A stretch of DNA of 64,000 nucleotides from Planctomycetota bacterium (GCA_021808105.1 JAKBCC010000001.1:32753-96752), one strand, 5' to 3'. Counted from the first letter of the stretch, positions 1 through 11,218 are shown. The notes: a model not told the origin generated them from the sequence alone. Made by a program: numbers and translations.

Positions 1-232
1 CGGCCCCATGTGCGTTCACGAGTTTGAGTTCCTCGAAGCCATTGGCGGCGGAGGGAGAAGAATCGGGCGTCGGTAAAATTTCTGCCATTGCGTAATCCTC
101 CGGTCATTGATTTGCATTGCGGAATCCAGCCAACCGCTGTGCGGTCGACGACGTTCATATTTTCAACTCAAGCGGCAACTCGTGCAACCCCGCTGCACCG
201 AATTGTGCCAATTCCGTCTGCGGCCTGGGGAG

Positions 233-730
233 TTACGCGGTCCGGCGGTCGAGCACGAACTTGGCACGCTGGTTTCTCAACATTTGGTACGGACCGATAC
301 ATTTGATTTTCAGGCCAATGCAGACGGTTGGGATTTTGACGCGCTTTATACCATCACTGGCGATTTCGTGCGTCACCACCACGTGCTTGTGGGCTAGGGC
401 AAACGCTATCAGAAAATAATCTGTATCCTGCAGAAAGGCGTTAACAGCATCCGGCCGGTAATTCTGTTGTCGCACCCACTGGGCCGTGGTAGTCAGCGCA
501 GGAATCGTCGCGTCATCAGGCGGGAGAAAGAATTCTTTACCGTGCCGGCCGGCCCATAGCGCCAATTCGTCGTTACCGGCGAGCAGTTCGTCCCCGACTT
601 TTTCAACACTATAGAGTTCTCCGGCCTGGTTTGCGTCCGCCAGCCAATCCCAGAAGGCCGGGCAAAAGTCCATTCCATAGTGAAGATTCTTGGCTTGGAT
701 GAAAATATTTGCGTCCAGAAGATAAGCCAT
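233..730 (-). CDS. DUF4411-type PIN-like domain protein
   Basis: N-terminus MAYLLDANIFIQAKNLHYGMDFCPAFWDWL matches the DUF4411 signature (yLlDaNvfI...FWdWL). Its start overlaps the stop of the upstream ImmA/IrrE gene by 1 nt (ATGA). Confidence 0.7.
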   Translation of the reverse strand: MAYLLDANIFIQAKNLHYGMDFCPAFWDWLADANQAGELYSVEKVGDELLAGNDELALWAGRHGKEFFLPPDDATIPALTTTAQWVRQQNYRPDAVNAFLQDTDYFLIAFALAHKHVVVTHEIASDGIKRVKIPTVCIGLKIKCIGPYQMLRNQRAKFVLDRRTA

Positions 731-1872
731 CAGCCGACAACCTCCAGCTCCGCCCCAAGGGTGCGAAACGTCTGTTCTTTTTTGATCCCCAGCATCTGAA
801 AAGCGTCGCGATAAAGCGTTTGGCCTTCCAGCGTGCTGGTTACCACGGCGCGAGCGAATCGTCGGCTCAGGCGTGCCGCCTGGGTTAGATAGAAGTTGCC
901 GCCACCGGGTCGCTGTAGCTTCCTTAACCGCTCAACTTCGGCGTCGTATTTAATCTGAAATTGCCCGCGGCTGATGCACTCGGCATCCATAAGGCGGCGC
1001 AGGATGACCAGCGTACTGACCTTGAATACGCGAGCCAGGGCGTCCAACATGGAAAGAGCTTGTCCCGCACCGGTCACTTGCTTTCTCAATTCGACAAGCG
1101 GCACCAGCAGTTCGGCGGCGACTCTGTTACACCACACCTCAACGGCCTGCCCAGCCGGCACCGCCAAGCCTGCGTTGGAAACAGCCGATTCTCCCAGCCA
1201 CAGGTGGGCCAATTCATGCGCCAGCGTAAACATCTGGGCGGCTTTGGTGTCTGCTCCGTTGATGAATACCAGGGGCGCAAGCTTGTCCGCCAGGGCAAAG
1301 CCTCTAAATTCCTGCGGGTCAAGCTTCCGCGTGTTGTTGCTTCCCACGACACCGCTGACCATCACCAGGATGCCGGCGTCTTCGGCTCTCTGAATGAATA
1401 ACCGCAGGGCGTCGCTCCAAGTTGGACACTGCTTGCGGCTGCTGACTCCGAAGCCGAGGACATTTTCGATCTGGGAGGCGGCCTTTTCAGGAGCCGATCG
1501 CACCGTTAACGACCCGATGAAGTTCCGCGGCTCTTCCCCGTTTTCCTGGGCATATTCCTGATACCATGCTTGCCGCCGCTGGCAAAGGTAAACAGTATCC
1601 AGCAAATCCGGGCTGGGTATTGCTACGCCACGTCCCTGGAACGTCCGCAAGTCCGGGATGGGAAGATTTTCCTCAGGCGGTTCATTGAGAAACAGAAACC
1701 CCACGGGCACGCGCGATGCGCGGGCAAAATCCTCCAGTTGCCGAAGCGAAGGCGAAGCGTTTCCTGCCAGCCAGTCCTCCAGTCTTGCAAACTTTCGCTT
1801 AAGCGCGGAAGGATCGCCGGAGCGAATCAAAGCCCATTGCAGTACCTTCGGATTTATGGCGACGCTAGTCAC
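730..1872 (-). CDS. ImmA/IrrE family metallo-endopeptidase with N-terminal XRE-like HTH region
   Basis: HEXXH zinc motif in HELAHLWLGE. The N-terminal 70 aa resemble the HTH part of COG2856 proteins. Translationally coupled to the DUF4411 gene. Confidence 0.75.
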   Translation of the reverse strand: MTSVAINPKVLQWALIRSGDPSALKRKFARLEDWLAGNASPSLRQLEDFARASRVPVGFLFLNEPPEENLPIPDLRTFQGRGVAIPSPDLLDTVYLCQRRQAWYQEYAQENGEEPRNFIGSLTVRSAPEKAASQIENVLGFGVSSRKQCPTWSDALRLFIQRAEDAGILVMVSGVVGSNNTRKLDPQEFRGFALADKLAPLVFINGADTKAAQMFTLAHELAHLWLGESAVSNAGLAVPAGQAVEVWCNRVAAELLVPLVELRKQVTGAGQALSMLDALARVFKVSTLVILRRLMDAECISRGQFQIKYDAEVERLRKLQRPGGGNFYLTQAARLSRRFARAVVTSTLEGQTLYRDAFQMLGIKKEQTFRTLGAELEVVG

Positions 1873-2270
1873 GACGTTGCCCCTTTCAAGGGTTCGGGTT
1901 CAATCATTCTACGCGTTCCATATCGTCTGGGCCGCACTGCCGCGTTTCAATCATTTTTCGGCCTCGCCGATTCAATATGAGTTCAAGTTCAGATCTGGGA
2001 CTGGCCATAAGTGGAAATTGTACGGCAAATTTATTTTCCGGCTAGTGGCGGGAGGATCCCATTCGGGACTCGGCGAGTATCGGCGTATTTAAGGAACCAC
2101 CCGTATTTGTCGGTGCCACCGGCGACCTCAAGCCCAAGCTTGAGGCGTTCGTATTCCCGCCGTGCAAGGCCTAGGGCTTTGCCGACAAGCGGAATGTTAG
2201 CAGGCATAAGATCCGGTGTGGCTGGGCCGAGGTAGTCGATTGATTATCGGTAGATCGTCCACTGCGCGGA

Positions 2271-3197
2271 TTACACGGATGCAGATGCGTGGACGGTTCG
2301 GGCGGCTTGTTCGTCGGCGTGGTAGCTGGAGCGGACGAGGGGGCCGGATTCGACGACGGAGAAGCCGAGGTTAAGGGCTGTTGTTTTCCAGTCGGCGAAT
2401 TGTTCCGGGGTTACCCAGCGATCAATGGGCAGGTGTTCGCGGGTGGGTTGCAGATATTGCCCCAGGGTGAGGATGTCCACATTGACAGCGCGAATATCTT
2501 TCAGCGTTTGTTCGAGTTCCTCGTCGGTTTCGCCGATGCCGAGCATTAAGCCGGTTTTGGTGGTAAAGCCGCGATCCTTGGCACGGCACAGCAGTTCCAG
2601 GGAGCGGGCATATTTGGCCTGCGGGCGGACACGGAAATATTGGCTGGGAACCGTTTCTATGTTATGGTTCAGAATGTCCGGACGGGCGTCCAGTACGCGG
2701 TTCAGATCATCCCAGTGGCCGCAGAAATCTGGAATCAGCACTTCGATGGTGGTACCTGGCGAAGCTTCCCGCACGCCGAGGATGCTTTGCGCCCAGATGG
2801 TTGAGCCGCCGTCTTTGAGTTCATCGCGATTGACGGAGGTAATGACAATGTGCCGCAGTTTCATAATCGCTGCCGACTGGGCCACGCGGCGCGGTTCATC
2901 AAGGTCCAGGATGGGAGGTCGGCCGGTTTTAATATGACAGAATCCGCAACTGCGGGTGCAGACATCCCCTAAAATCATGATCGTGGCGGTGCCCCGGCCC
3001 CAGCATTCTCCCATGTTCGGGCACTTGGCGGATTCGCAAACGGTGTGCAGGCGATGCTCATCGATAATTTCCCGCACACGCGTGTAGCCGGGCCCGGCGG
3101 GGAGTTTCACTTTCAGCCAGGACGGCTTGCGGCCCGGCTGCATGTAATCGGGGCGGTTTTCCGCATTGGCTAACGGTAAAGAAAATGGAGCAGTCAC
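2271..3197 (-). CDS. lipA: lipoyl synthase
   Basis: Radical-SAM cluster CTRSCGFC plus auxiliary [13 protein letters not shown]; typical LipA length. Confidence 0.95.
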   Translation of the reverse strand: MTAPFSLPLANAENRPDYMQPGRKPSWLKVKLPAGPGYTRVREIIDEHRLHTVCESAKCPNMGECWGRGTATIMILGDVCTRSCGFCHIKTGRPPILDLDEPRRVAQSAAIMKLRHIVITSVNRDELKDGGSTIWAQSILGVREASPGTTIEVLIPDFCGHWDDLNRVLDARPDILNHNIETVPSQYFRVRPQAKYARSLELLCRAKDRGFTTKTGLMLGIGETDEELEQTLKDIRAVNVDILTLGQYLQPTREHLPIDRWVTPEQFADWKTTALNLGFSVVESGPLVRSSYHADEQAARTVHASASV

Positions 3198-3263
3198 ACG
3201 CCTATCCTGTTCAAACCTATCCGGCAGCGGTACGGGCTGAACGGATACAAGTCGGCAATTATA

Positions 3264-3950
3264 TCACAGTCGAACAGCCCTGATAAATGCACGCATTCTG
3301 GTGTGATCTTTTATACCGGCTTGCCCCGCAACTTCCACGCCGCTGGAAACATCCACCGCCGCAGGATGCACCGTATTTATAACATGGGCGACATTTTCGG
3401 CGGTCAGGCCGCCGGCGAGGATTATGGGCGGAAGATTCCGTAATTCATCGGCTTTTTGCGCCTCAGAAAGCCAGGATAGATCAATTTGCTCACCGGTGCC
3501 GCCCTGGCCGCGCGTGGACCAGGCGTCCAGCAGGATGGTACTGGCGGAAACCGGAAGTTGCCGTAAGCCATCGTGAAGCGTGCGCAAATCCTCGCGTTGA
3601 GCGATGCGAAATACCGGCCAATACCGGGCGTCTTTGACAGATAGCGATTTTGCGGCGGCGAGGTTGCCATAGACCTGGAAGTTTCGCACGCCGAATTTCT
3701 CGGCCAACTGACTGGCAGTGGCAAAACCTTCAGGGCTGCTAAGGTCAACCAGTGCGACGACGTGGTGAATATTATTTATGCTGGGGAAAATTTCTGCCCC
3801 TTGCCGGATCGTCAGCTTCCGCGGACCGGCATAGAAGTTCAGACCGATAAAATCTGCCCCGTGTTCCAGCGCTGCCAGCGCGTCCTGGCGGCGCGTGATA
3901 CCGCATATTTTAATTTTTATCTCTGCTGCCTGTGTCATCAAATCTATCAC
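3264..3950 (-). CDS. trpF: phosphoribosylanthranilate isomerase
   Basis: KICGIT motif, GADFIG and ILAGGL...VDVSSGVE C-terminal motifs. Confidence 0.85.
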   Translation of the reverse strand: MIDLMTQAAEIKIKICGITRRQDALAALEHGADFIGLNFYAGPRKLTIRQGAEIFPSINNIHHVVALVDLSSPEGFATASQLAEKFGVRNFQVYGNLAAAKSLSVKDARYWPVFRIAQREDLRTLHDGLRQLPVSASTILLDAWSTRGQGGTGEQIDLSWLSEAQKADELRNLPPIILAGGLTAENVAHVINTVHPAAVDVSSGVEVAGQAGIKDHTRMRAFIRAVRL

Positions 3951-4047
3951 CGGAATTTTATCATACTACCCGGTGCATGGAGCTTCAATGCAATCGGGAC
4001 GATATAATAGAGAGTTAACTTATCGGAAGTGAAAGGAGGTACCTTAT

Positions 4048-4545
4048 ATGCACGCCAGACAGATCAAACGTATTTTCCCAGCGATGCTGCTTTGCATGGG
4101 GGCTATGGCCCTGGCCGGGTGCGACAGCTACTGGGCGGGCGGATACTGGCGGAGCGGGGTTGTCGTTGAGCAACCTGGTCCCTATGCCTATGAGTATTAT
4201 TATGACCCGCAGCTCCAGGCCTATTACTGCTATTACCCCAGCTACGGCTGGCGCTATTGCCCTTCGCCGCCACCGCCGGGTGCTGTGTTCTGGCGCGGTC
4301 CGGTGCCCCTGTATCTGCCCCGGCCGGCCCCAGTTATCGGATTCAATTATTATTTTGATCCTGATCGTCATGTTTACTATTACCGGGGTCCGGACGATCG
4401 GTGGCGCTATTATCCGGGACAGCCACCTCCGGAGGCGCGATTCTGGCATGGGGATCGTCCGGATGCTTTGCCCCGGCCGCCGCGCGATGCACCGGAATGG
4501 CACCCGCGCGGTGAGGATCGCGGACGGCGACGGGAGCGCCATTGA
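4048..4545 (+). CDS. Tyr/Pro/Arg-rich low-complexity lipoprotein
   Basis: Signal peptide with lipobox LAGC. AGGAGG ribosome-binding site 8 nt upstream. Body is dominated by Y, P, R and W runs. Confidence 0.6.
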   Translation: MHARQIKRIFPAMLLCMGAMALAGCDSYWAGGYWRSGVVVEQPGPYAYEYYYDPQLQAYYCYYPSYGWRYCPSPPPPGAVFWRGPVPLYLPRPAPVIGFNYYFDPDRHVYYYRGPDDRWRYYPGQPPPEARFWHGDRPDALPRPPRDAPEWHPRGEDRGRRRERH

Positions 4546-4565
4546 TCTGCAGGATCTGATTTAAC

Positions 4566-5798
4566 GTGTGTCCGAGGGCTGTAATGGCGGATTACGCACC
4601 GATACTTGCCTGGATTGACGCCCAGCAACCGCGCATGGAAAGTCTCGTGTCACGCTGGGCGGCCATTAACTCCGGCAGTTGCAACATCGCCGGTCTTGAC
4701 CGCATGGTGCAGGAACTCACCGATGCGTTCGCCGTATTGCGGCAACCCATCACGCGTATCCCACTGCCGCCCCGACAAATTATCAAGGCGGATGGGCGCA
4801 TGGCCGCAGAGCCGCTGGGGGTGGCGCTGTCGATAAAGGCGCGCCCGCAACTCCCGCGGCCGGTGTTGTTGGGGATTCATTTTGATACGGTGTACCCGGC
4901 GGATAGCACGTTTCAGCAGGCGCGCCGCATTGACCCGCAGACTCTCTGCGGCCCGGGTGTGGCGGATGCCAAGGGTGGATTGGCGGTTATGCTTATCGCG
5001 TTGGAGGCGCTGGAGCGGTCGCCGTATGCGGGCAATATCGGCTGGGAGGTGTTGCTGAATCCTGATGAGGAAATTGGTTCGCCCGGCTCGGCCCCGCTGT
5101 TTCTCTCCGCGGCCCAAGGCAAAATTCTAGGGTTGCTTTTTGAACCAGCGCTACCCGATGGCAGCCTGGTGGGGACACGGAAAGGCTCCGGGAATTTTGT
5201 TTTTGTCGTCAGGGGAAAAGCAGCGCACGCCGGCAGAGATTTCCACGCCGGCCGCAGTGCGATCGTTGCGTTGTCGCACATTATTCTGGCGTTAAATAAG
5301 CTCAACGACCGCGGGCCGGATATAACGGTGAACATTGGACGCATCGAAGGCGGCGGGGCATTAAACATTGTGCCGGATCTGGCGATAGCCCGCGTCAATA
5401 TCCGTTGTCGGTTGCCGGAACATCAGGGTCAAATTCACCGGGAGCTTGATGCCATTATCAAACAAGCCGCCCGAACGGACGGCATTACCGTTGAACTGCA
5501 TGGCGAATTTCATGCCCCACCCAGGATTTTTGATGAGGCCCATGCCCTGTGGTTTAAGCGCGCGGCCCAATGTTCAATGGAACTGGGTATACCCCTTACC
5601 TGGCGCGACAGCGGCGGAGCCTGTGATGGCAACCGCTTATCAGCTGCGGGCCTGCCGACCATTGACACATTGGGGCCGGTAGGCGTCGGCATTCACAGCT
5701 CAGCCGAGCAGATTTCGTTACCCACATTGGCGCAGCGCGCCAAACTGACCGCTTTATTGCTGTTGAAACTGGCTCATGGTGATCTTGGAAAACCTTAA
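4566..5798 (+). CDS. M20 family metallopeptidase (ArgE/DapE/CPG2-like hydrolase)
   Basis: GVADAKGGLAVMLIALEAL and NPDEEIGS metal-binding region typical of peptidase M20. Confidence 0.75.
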   Translation: MCPRAVMADYAPILAWIDAQQPRMESLVSRWAAINSGSCNIAGLDRMVQELTDAFAVLRQPITRIPLPPRQIIKADGRMAAEPLGVALSIKARPQLPRPVLLGIHFDTVYPADSTFQQARRIDPQTLCGPGVADAKGGLAVMLIALEALERSPYAGNIGWEVLLNPDEEIGSPGSAPLFLSAAQGKILGLLFEPALPDGSLVGTRKGSGNFVFVVRGKAAHAGRDFHAGRSAIVALSHIILALNKLNDRGPDITVNIGRIEGGGALNIVPDLAIARVNIRCRLPEHQGQIHRELDAIIKQAARTDGITVELHGEFHAPPRIFDEAHALWFKRAAQCSMELGIPLTWRDSGGACDGNRLSAAGLPTIDTLGPVGVGIHSSAEQISLPTLAQRAKLTALLLLKLAHGDLGKP

Positions 5799-6080
5799 TT
5801 CTCCATCACCCCCAGGGAGCCTGTCCAAGCCATGGCCGGGATTGCGATTACTCGGACGCGCGACTAAGCGCCTCCAACCGGTTGCGTTCCACCACCGGCA
5901 TAGCCGGCGGCTTGTGCGATATTTTTTCGGCCCGGTGTGGGGAGCGACCGGCGTGCCATGCCTGCTATCGTTATTTGCCAAGCTTATTTACTAAGCCGTG
6001 CTTTTTATTCGGGCGGTGGTTATTATACTACGCCGTGTCATCCATTGGGCGTCAATCGCCGGAATTCATGAGGAGCCATT

Positions 6081-8036
6081 ATGTCCGTTGGTGCAAATAT
6101 TGAATCGATCATGCATGAAAATCGCACGTTTGCTCCCCCGGCATCCTTTACTGCCAAAGCCAATATCAGCTCTCAGGAACAATATGAAAGCATGTACCGC
6201 AAGTCCATTGACCACCCCCAGGAATTCTGGGCGGAGATGGCGGGAGACCTGGCTTGGCTGACACCCTACAGCCATGTTCTTGATGACAGCAAGTCCCCTT
6301 TTGTGAAATGGTTCACCGGCGGGAAAATCAACATTGCGCAAAATTGTCTGGACCGGCATGTGGATGCGGGACGGGGCGACAAACCTGCCATTCTCTGGGA
6401 GGGCGAACCAGGTGATACCAAAACATTAACATATCTTGAATTGCTCAAGGAAGTCTGCCGCCTGGCCAATGCGCTGAAATCGCACGGCGTGCGGTCCGGC
6501 GATCGCGTAGCGATTTATATGCCCATGATTCCCCAGGCCGCCGTGGCCATGCTGGCTTGCGCCCGAATTGGAGCGGTACATACCGTTATTTTCGGCGGTT
6601 TTGCGGCTGAATCACTGGCGGATCGTATGAATGATGCGCAAGCTGTGGCATTAATCACAGCCGACGGCGGGTGGCGGCGCGGCAAAATTGTGGAACTGAA
6701 AAATAATGCCGATGCGGCGCTGGCCAAAGCCCCTTGTGTGCGACACTGTATTGTGGTTAAACGCACAGGCCAGAATATCACCATGCAGCCCGGAAGGGAT
6801 GTGTGGTACGAGGATTTTGTCTCGGGCAGCTCCGAACATTGCCCGCCCGCCGCACTGGACAGCGAGCACATGCTCTTTATTTTGTACACCAGCGGCACCA
6901 CCGGCAAGCCTAAGGGTGTGGTGCACACCACCGCCGGCTACTTGCTGGGCGCTTATCTGACATGTAAATATGTATTTGATTTAAGAAAAGAAGATATTTA
7001 CTGGTGTACCGCGGATATCGGCTGGGTAACGGGGCATACGTATATGGTCTACGGCCCGCTGGCCTGTGGGGCCAGTGTGGTTATGTATGAAGGCGCACCC
7101 AATCAGCCGGATATGGACCGGTTCTGGAGTATCGTTGAAAAGTACCGTGTGAGTGTGTTTTACACGGCCCCCACGGCCATCCGAGCCTTTGTAAAATGGG
7201 GTGATCAGTATCCGCAACGCCATGATTTATCAAGCCTCCGCTTGCTGGGAACCGTGGGCGAGCCGATCAACCCGGAAGCGTGGATGTGGTATTACCGCGT
7301 GATTGGTTCCCAGCGCTGCCCCATTGTGGATACCTGGTGGCAGACGGAAACCGGTTCTATTATGTGTACGCCCCTGCCGGGGATCACACCGGGCAAGCCG
7401 GGCAGTTGTGCCATCCCATTTTTTGGGGTGGATCTGGCTGTAGTAGATCGGGACGGGCAGGAAGTGGCCGCGGACACGGGGGGGTATCTGGTCATCCGCA
7501 AACCGTTGCCCAGCATGTTGCGCACGGTGTATGGAGACGATGAGCGTTTTAAGAAACAATATTACAGTGATATTCCCCCCTATTATTTCACGGGCGACGG
7601 AGCGCGGCGGGACAAAGACGGCTACTTCTGGGTCATGGGCCGCGTTGATGATGTGGTCAACGTTGCGGGCCATCGCTTGGGCACTATGGAAGTTGAAAGC
7701 GCGATTGTGGCCCACAGCAAAGTTGCGGAAGCTGCCGTGGTTGGCCGACCCGATGAGCTTAAAGGGCAGGCCCTGTGCGCGTTTGTAACTGTCAAGGCGG
7801 GAATTGCCACCGATGACGCGCTGAAACAGGAATTAAAAGCCTGGGTGACCAAGGAAATCGGTGCCATCGCGCGCCCGGATGAAGTGCGATTCACGGAAAT
7901 GCTGCCCAAAACCCGCTCGGGCAAGATCATGCGGCGCCTGCTGCGTGACATCGCCGCCGGGAAACAGGCCGTCGGGGACACCAGCACGCTGGAAGACTAT
8001 TCCGTTTTGGCCAAGTTGCGCGAAGATCAGGAGTGA
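6081..8036 (+). CDS. acs: acetyl-CoA synthetase (AMP-forming)
   Basis: 651 aa. [14 protein letters not shown]-binding motif, conserved Acs N-terminus, C-terminal [16 protein letters not shown] ribosome-binding site. Confidence 0.95.
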   Translation: MSVGANIESIMHENRTFAPPASFTAKANISSQEQYESMYRKSIDHPQEFWAEMAGDLAWLTPYSHVLDDSKSPFVKWFTGGKINIAQNCLDRHVDAGRGDKPAILWEGEPGDTKTLTYLELLKEVCRLANALKSHGVRSGDRVAIYMPMIPQAAVAMLACARIGAVHTVIFGGFAAESLADRMNDAQAVALITADGGWRRGKIVELKNNADAALAKAPCVRHCIVVKRTGQNITMQPGRDVWYEDFVSGSSEHCPPAALDSEHMLFILYTSGTTGKPKGVVHTTAGYLLGAYLTCKYVFDLRKEDIYWCTADIGWVTGHTYMVYGPLACGASVVMYEGAPNQPDMDRFWSIVEKYRVSVFYTAPTAIRAFVKWGDQYPQRHDLSSLRLLGTVGEPINPEAWMWYYRVIGSQRCPIVDTWWQTETGSIMCTPLPGITPGKPGSCAIPFFGVDLAVVDRDGQEVAADTGGYLVIRKPLPSMLRTVYGDDERFKKQYYSDIPPYYFTGDGARRDKDGYFWVMGRVDDVVNVAGHRLGTMEVESAIVAHSKVAEAAVVGRPDELKGQALCAFVTVKAGIATDDALKQELKAWVTKEIGAIARPDEVRFTEMLPKTRSGKIMRRLLRDIAAGKQAVGDTSTLEDYSVLAKLREDQE

Positions 8037-8076
8037 GGCGGGGGCCGGGATACGATCACAAACATTGTCCTGGTTA

Positions 8077-8616
8077 TTACTTGCGATTGCGGCGGTTTTT
8101 CCTTATACGATTTCGGACGTGCCATGAGGGAATATCCGAAATTTTCCTTCGTGGTTCGTACTCTAATTCGTCAAAATAGGGGCGAATTTTTTCGTGCAGG
8201 GGATGATGCCAGTTATTCACAACGTCCTTAAACATGGCGTAATGCCGCTCCAGTCGCTTGCAATAGTCGGAATCCATCAGGACCCGCTGCGTAAAAATAG
8301 CCAGCAGGTCTTCGGATAAATCAGACTGCCGATTCAGTGGATCAAGAAATGTCTGTTCCGAAACTGCGGATTTTTCTCCGGGGGGATCAAATGCGTGGCT
8401 GATGGTCGCGACATGCCGACCCAATCGCTTGGATACCACGTTGAACATTGCCCGTCGGCAGTCGCAGCTCGGCTCGGCGCAATATAATTCGAATAACGCA
8501 AATTCTTCTTCCTTCCCCTCACGCCGGTGCCAACGGCCGCCGGATTGCAAGATAATACATCGTGTCTCCGCGGCACCAAGTTCCGGGTACAAAACGGTAA
8601 ACATCACCATCGACAT
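8077..8616 (-). CDS. hypothetical protein (basic C-terminus)
   Basis: ORF only; convergent with acs; no recognisable motif. Confidence 0.35.
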   Translation of the reverse strand: MSMVMFTVLYPELGAAETRCIILQSGGRWHRREGKEEEFALFELYCAEPSCDCRRAMFNVVSKRLGRHVATISHAFDPPGEKSAVSEQTFLDPLNRQSDLSEDLLAIFTQRVLMDSDYCKRLERHYAMFKDVVNNWHHPLHEKIRPYFDELEYEPRRKISDIPSWHVRNRIRKNRRNRK

Positions 8617-9347
8617 TGCCGCACTCCAAAAGCCAGGACGATTATATGAAAGCTCGCCGTTGCGGGAAACCCGGAATCACGCTTGGATCTGCCGGTTGGT
8701 CCTGATTCTCTTGACGGTCATAATGATATTTTCCCGCGTTTGGACATTTTATTCGGCGTAAAAGTAGCTAACCTTATTTTCCGTGCCTGAGGAAAATGCT
8801 ATACCGTGAGACTGGACTGTCAAGTACACCGGCAATTCGTTTCCGCAATGCCCTTGCTTTGCAGATTGAACAATAAGGGAGAGAACCGCAGATTACGCGG
8901 ATAACGCGGATGCGGGGACGATTGGTTTGGGATCGTTGCGGTATTGGCGGCGGAAAAAAGTGGTTCTGATTGGCATGACAGGCGTCAAAACTGCGTTGTC
9001 AGCGGGGCATGTCGAGGTCCCGGAACACAGAAAACCAGCGTTGATCCGCGTAATCCCCGTAATCTGCGGTCTTTTTTACGGCCTATTTAGGCCGCCTACA
9101 GCGTGCCGAAATTTAAGACTGAATCCCCCTCAATCCGCAACGCCCTCTTGCCACGCGTTCTGATGACGTATCCTTGTTTACTGCAGTGGCAGAACACTCG
9201 ATCACTTTTATGGACGCACCAGAATTTTGGCGTAAAATTGCGTAAACACCAACTGGGTGCGGAACAGCGATTGGCCGTCCGCCCAGTTTGGAAATGCGAT
9301 CCGGAGTGGCGGTACATTCCTGGCGCGATTTTTACAACAGGTGCTTG

Positions 9348-9878
9348 ATGCTCATCAGTCTTATTTCCGCGATGACGCCGGAGCGTGTTATTGGCTGGAA
9401 AGGACAACTCCCATGGCATGTGCTTGAGGATCTTCAGCACTTCAAACGCCTAACCATGGGCCACTGTGTCTTGATGGGGCGAAAAACCTTTGACTCCATC
9501 GGCCGGCCGCTGCCCAGGCGTCGCAATCTGATACTTAGCCGCCGAATTCCAGATCCCACTCCTGCTGACACGCAGTGGTTTACGCAACTTCAGGAAGCTC
9601 TTGCGGCGGCCAAGCAAGCGGGCGAACAGGAACTATTTGTTGTGGGCGGCGCGGAAATTTACACCTTGGCGCTACCGCTGGCGGATCGCATGTATATCAG
9701 CATTATAAAGTGCCAGACCCAGGTCACAGGCGATACATGGTTTCCGAAATGGAATGAAGAAGACTGGCGGATAGCGGAAAGCCGCCAGTCACAGGGGGTA
9801 GACTTTTTGACGTATGATCGCATTTCGACGATCTCGCCGCACCACCGCATCTTGCCTGCGCATGAGCGAGGCCTTTGA
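9348..9878 (+). CDS. folA: dihydrofolate reductase
   Basis: MISLIAAM..RVIGWKGQLPW..DL..FK..T....VLMGRKTF.SIGRPLP.R.N.ILS. Start moved to the internal ATG at 9348 because the upstream 20 aa are not DHFR-like. Confidence 0.85.
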   Translation: MLISLISAMTPERVIGWKGQLPWHVLEDLQHFKRLTMGHCVLMGRKTFDSIGRPLPRRRNLILSRRIPDPTPADTQWFTQLQEALAAAKQAGEQELFVVGGAEIYTLALPLADRMYISIIKCQTQVTGDTWFPKWNEEDWRIAESRQSQGVDFLTYDRISTISPHHRILPAHERGL

Positions 9879-9905
9879 CCAATCCACGGGCACAGGCATA
9901 ATGGA

Positions 9906-11156
9906 GTGTCGGTCGGCAGGCCGCGGATCGTTGACCGGCGCGACGAACAGGAGATTCACATGGCCAGGGAATATTCACCTTTCACGCCGGGCGTGCCTGT
10001 TCCCATTGAATTTTTCGCAGGTCGAGAGCGGGAGATCACTGAAATTGTGGACCGCGTGGCAAAGTCCGCGTCAAAAAAAATGATCGAGCGTATCTTCATT
10101 TCCGGGGACCGCGGCATCGGCAAAAGCTCGCTATGCCGCATGGCATTGCGCATTGCGGAGGAGAAACATGAGGTGTTGGGTTTGCATGTATTTCTCGGCG
10201 GCGTGACGTCTTTAGAGGAAATGGTGCGCCGCATATTCGAGCGGCTCTTGCAGGTCAGTCAGGACCGGAGTTGGTTTGAGGGCGTCAAGAAATTTCTGGG
10301 CAATAATGTTCGTGAGGTCGGCCTGTTCGGCGTTTCGCTGGCTTTCGAGGCATCGCCGCGGGACCTGGCGCAAGCCGTAGGGACACTGGGGCCGACGCTG
10401 CAAAAGCTTCTGGCGCAGATCAGCTCTCATCGAAAAGGATTGATGATTGTATTGGATGACCTGAATGGTCTGGCGGCGGATAGAGCGTTCGCCAATTGGC
10501 TTAAAAGCTTTGTGGATGAATTGGCAACCGGCCGCGAGAATCTGCCCCTGACCCTGATACTGGCGGGTATGCCCGAGCGGCGGAGCCAGCTGATTCAGAA
10601 GCAGCCATCGCTCGATCGCGTATTTGATGTTATCAACATAACTGCCTTCAACGAAGCGGAGACGCGACAATTTTATCAACAGGCTCTGGCGAAGGTCAAT
10701 GTGCGTATTTTGCCCGGAGCGCTGGATTTGTTGTGGCGCTTTTCCGGCGGATACCCGGTGTTCCTCCACGAGATTGGTGACGCAGTATTCAAGACTGATA
10801 CCGACGGCGTCATTGACGAAAACGATGCCCTTGCCGGCATAGTCGCGGCGGCGAAGATCATCGGCGTAAAATACATCGAGCCGAAGGTGCTCGATGCCAT
10901 CTGGAGCAAGCGTTACCGGCGGATATTGAAACGGATGGTAATCGCGCCCTTGCAGTTGCATTTTTCCAAAGCTGAACTGGTGGACCGAGTCTCGTCCGAC
11001 GAAGCCAGAGTATTGGATAATTTTCTACAGAAGATGAAACAGTTGGGCGTGGTGCAGCAATCCTCGGAGATGGGACGTGGAAAATACCGCTTTGCCAGCC
11101 AAATTTATGCGTTGTATTTCTATTTGCAGTCAGCGCCCCATCCGACTGCGGACTAG
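9906..11156 (+). CDS. Arch_ATPase/ORC-Cdc6-like P-loop NTPase (orphan)
   Basis: FAGREREITEI followed by Walker A GDRGIGKSS and Walker B MIVLDDLNG. C-terminal alpha-helical region. Lies 28 nt downstream of folA. Confidence 0.65.
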   Translation: MSVGRPRIVDRRDEQEIHMAREYSPFTPGVPVPIEFFAGREREITEIVDRVAKSASKKMIERIFISGDRGIGKSSLCRMALRIAEEKHEVLGLHVFLGGVTSLEEMVRRIFERLLQVSQDRSWFEGVKKFLGNNVREVGLFGVSLAFEASPRDLAQAVGTLGPTLQKLLAQISSHRKGLMIVLDDLNGLAADRAFANWLKSFVDELATGRENLPLTLILAGMPERRSQLIQKQPSLDRVFDVINITAFNEAETRQFYQQALAKVNVRILPGALDLLWRFSGGYPVFLHEIGDAVFKTDTDGVIDENDALAGIVAAAKIIGVKYIEPKVLDAIWSKRYRRILKRMVIAPLQLHFSKAELVDRVSSDEARVLDNFLQKMKQLGVVQQSSEMGRGKYRFASQIYALYFYLQSAPHPTAD

Positions 11157-11218
11157 GCGGTGCTTGGAAGCCTGGCGATGCAGGATGCTCGCTATTATTT
11201 TAACTCGGAGATCATGCT

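Noticed and set aside
6515-7987. Multiple antisense ORFs within acs
   Set aside because: acs is unambiguous; the antisense frames have no features.
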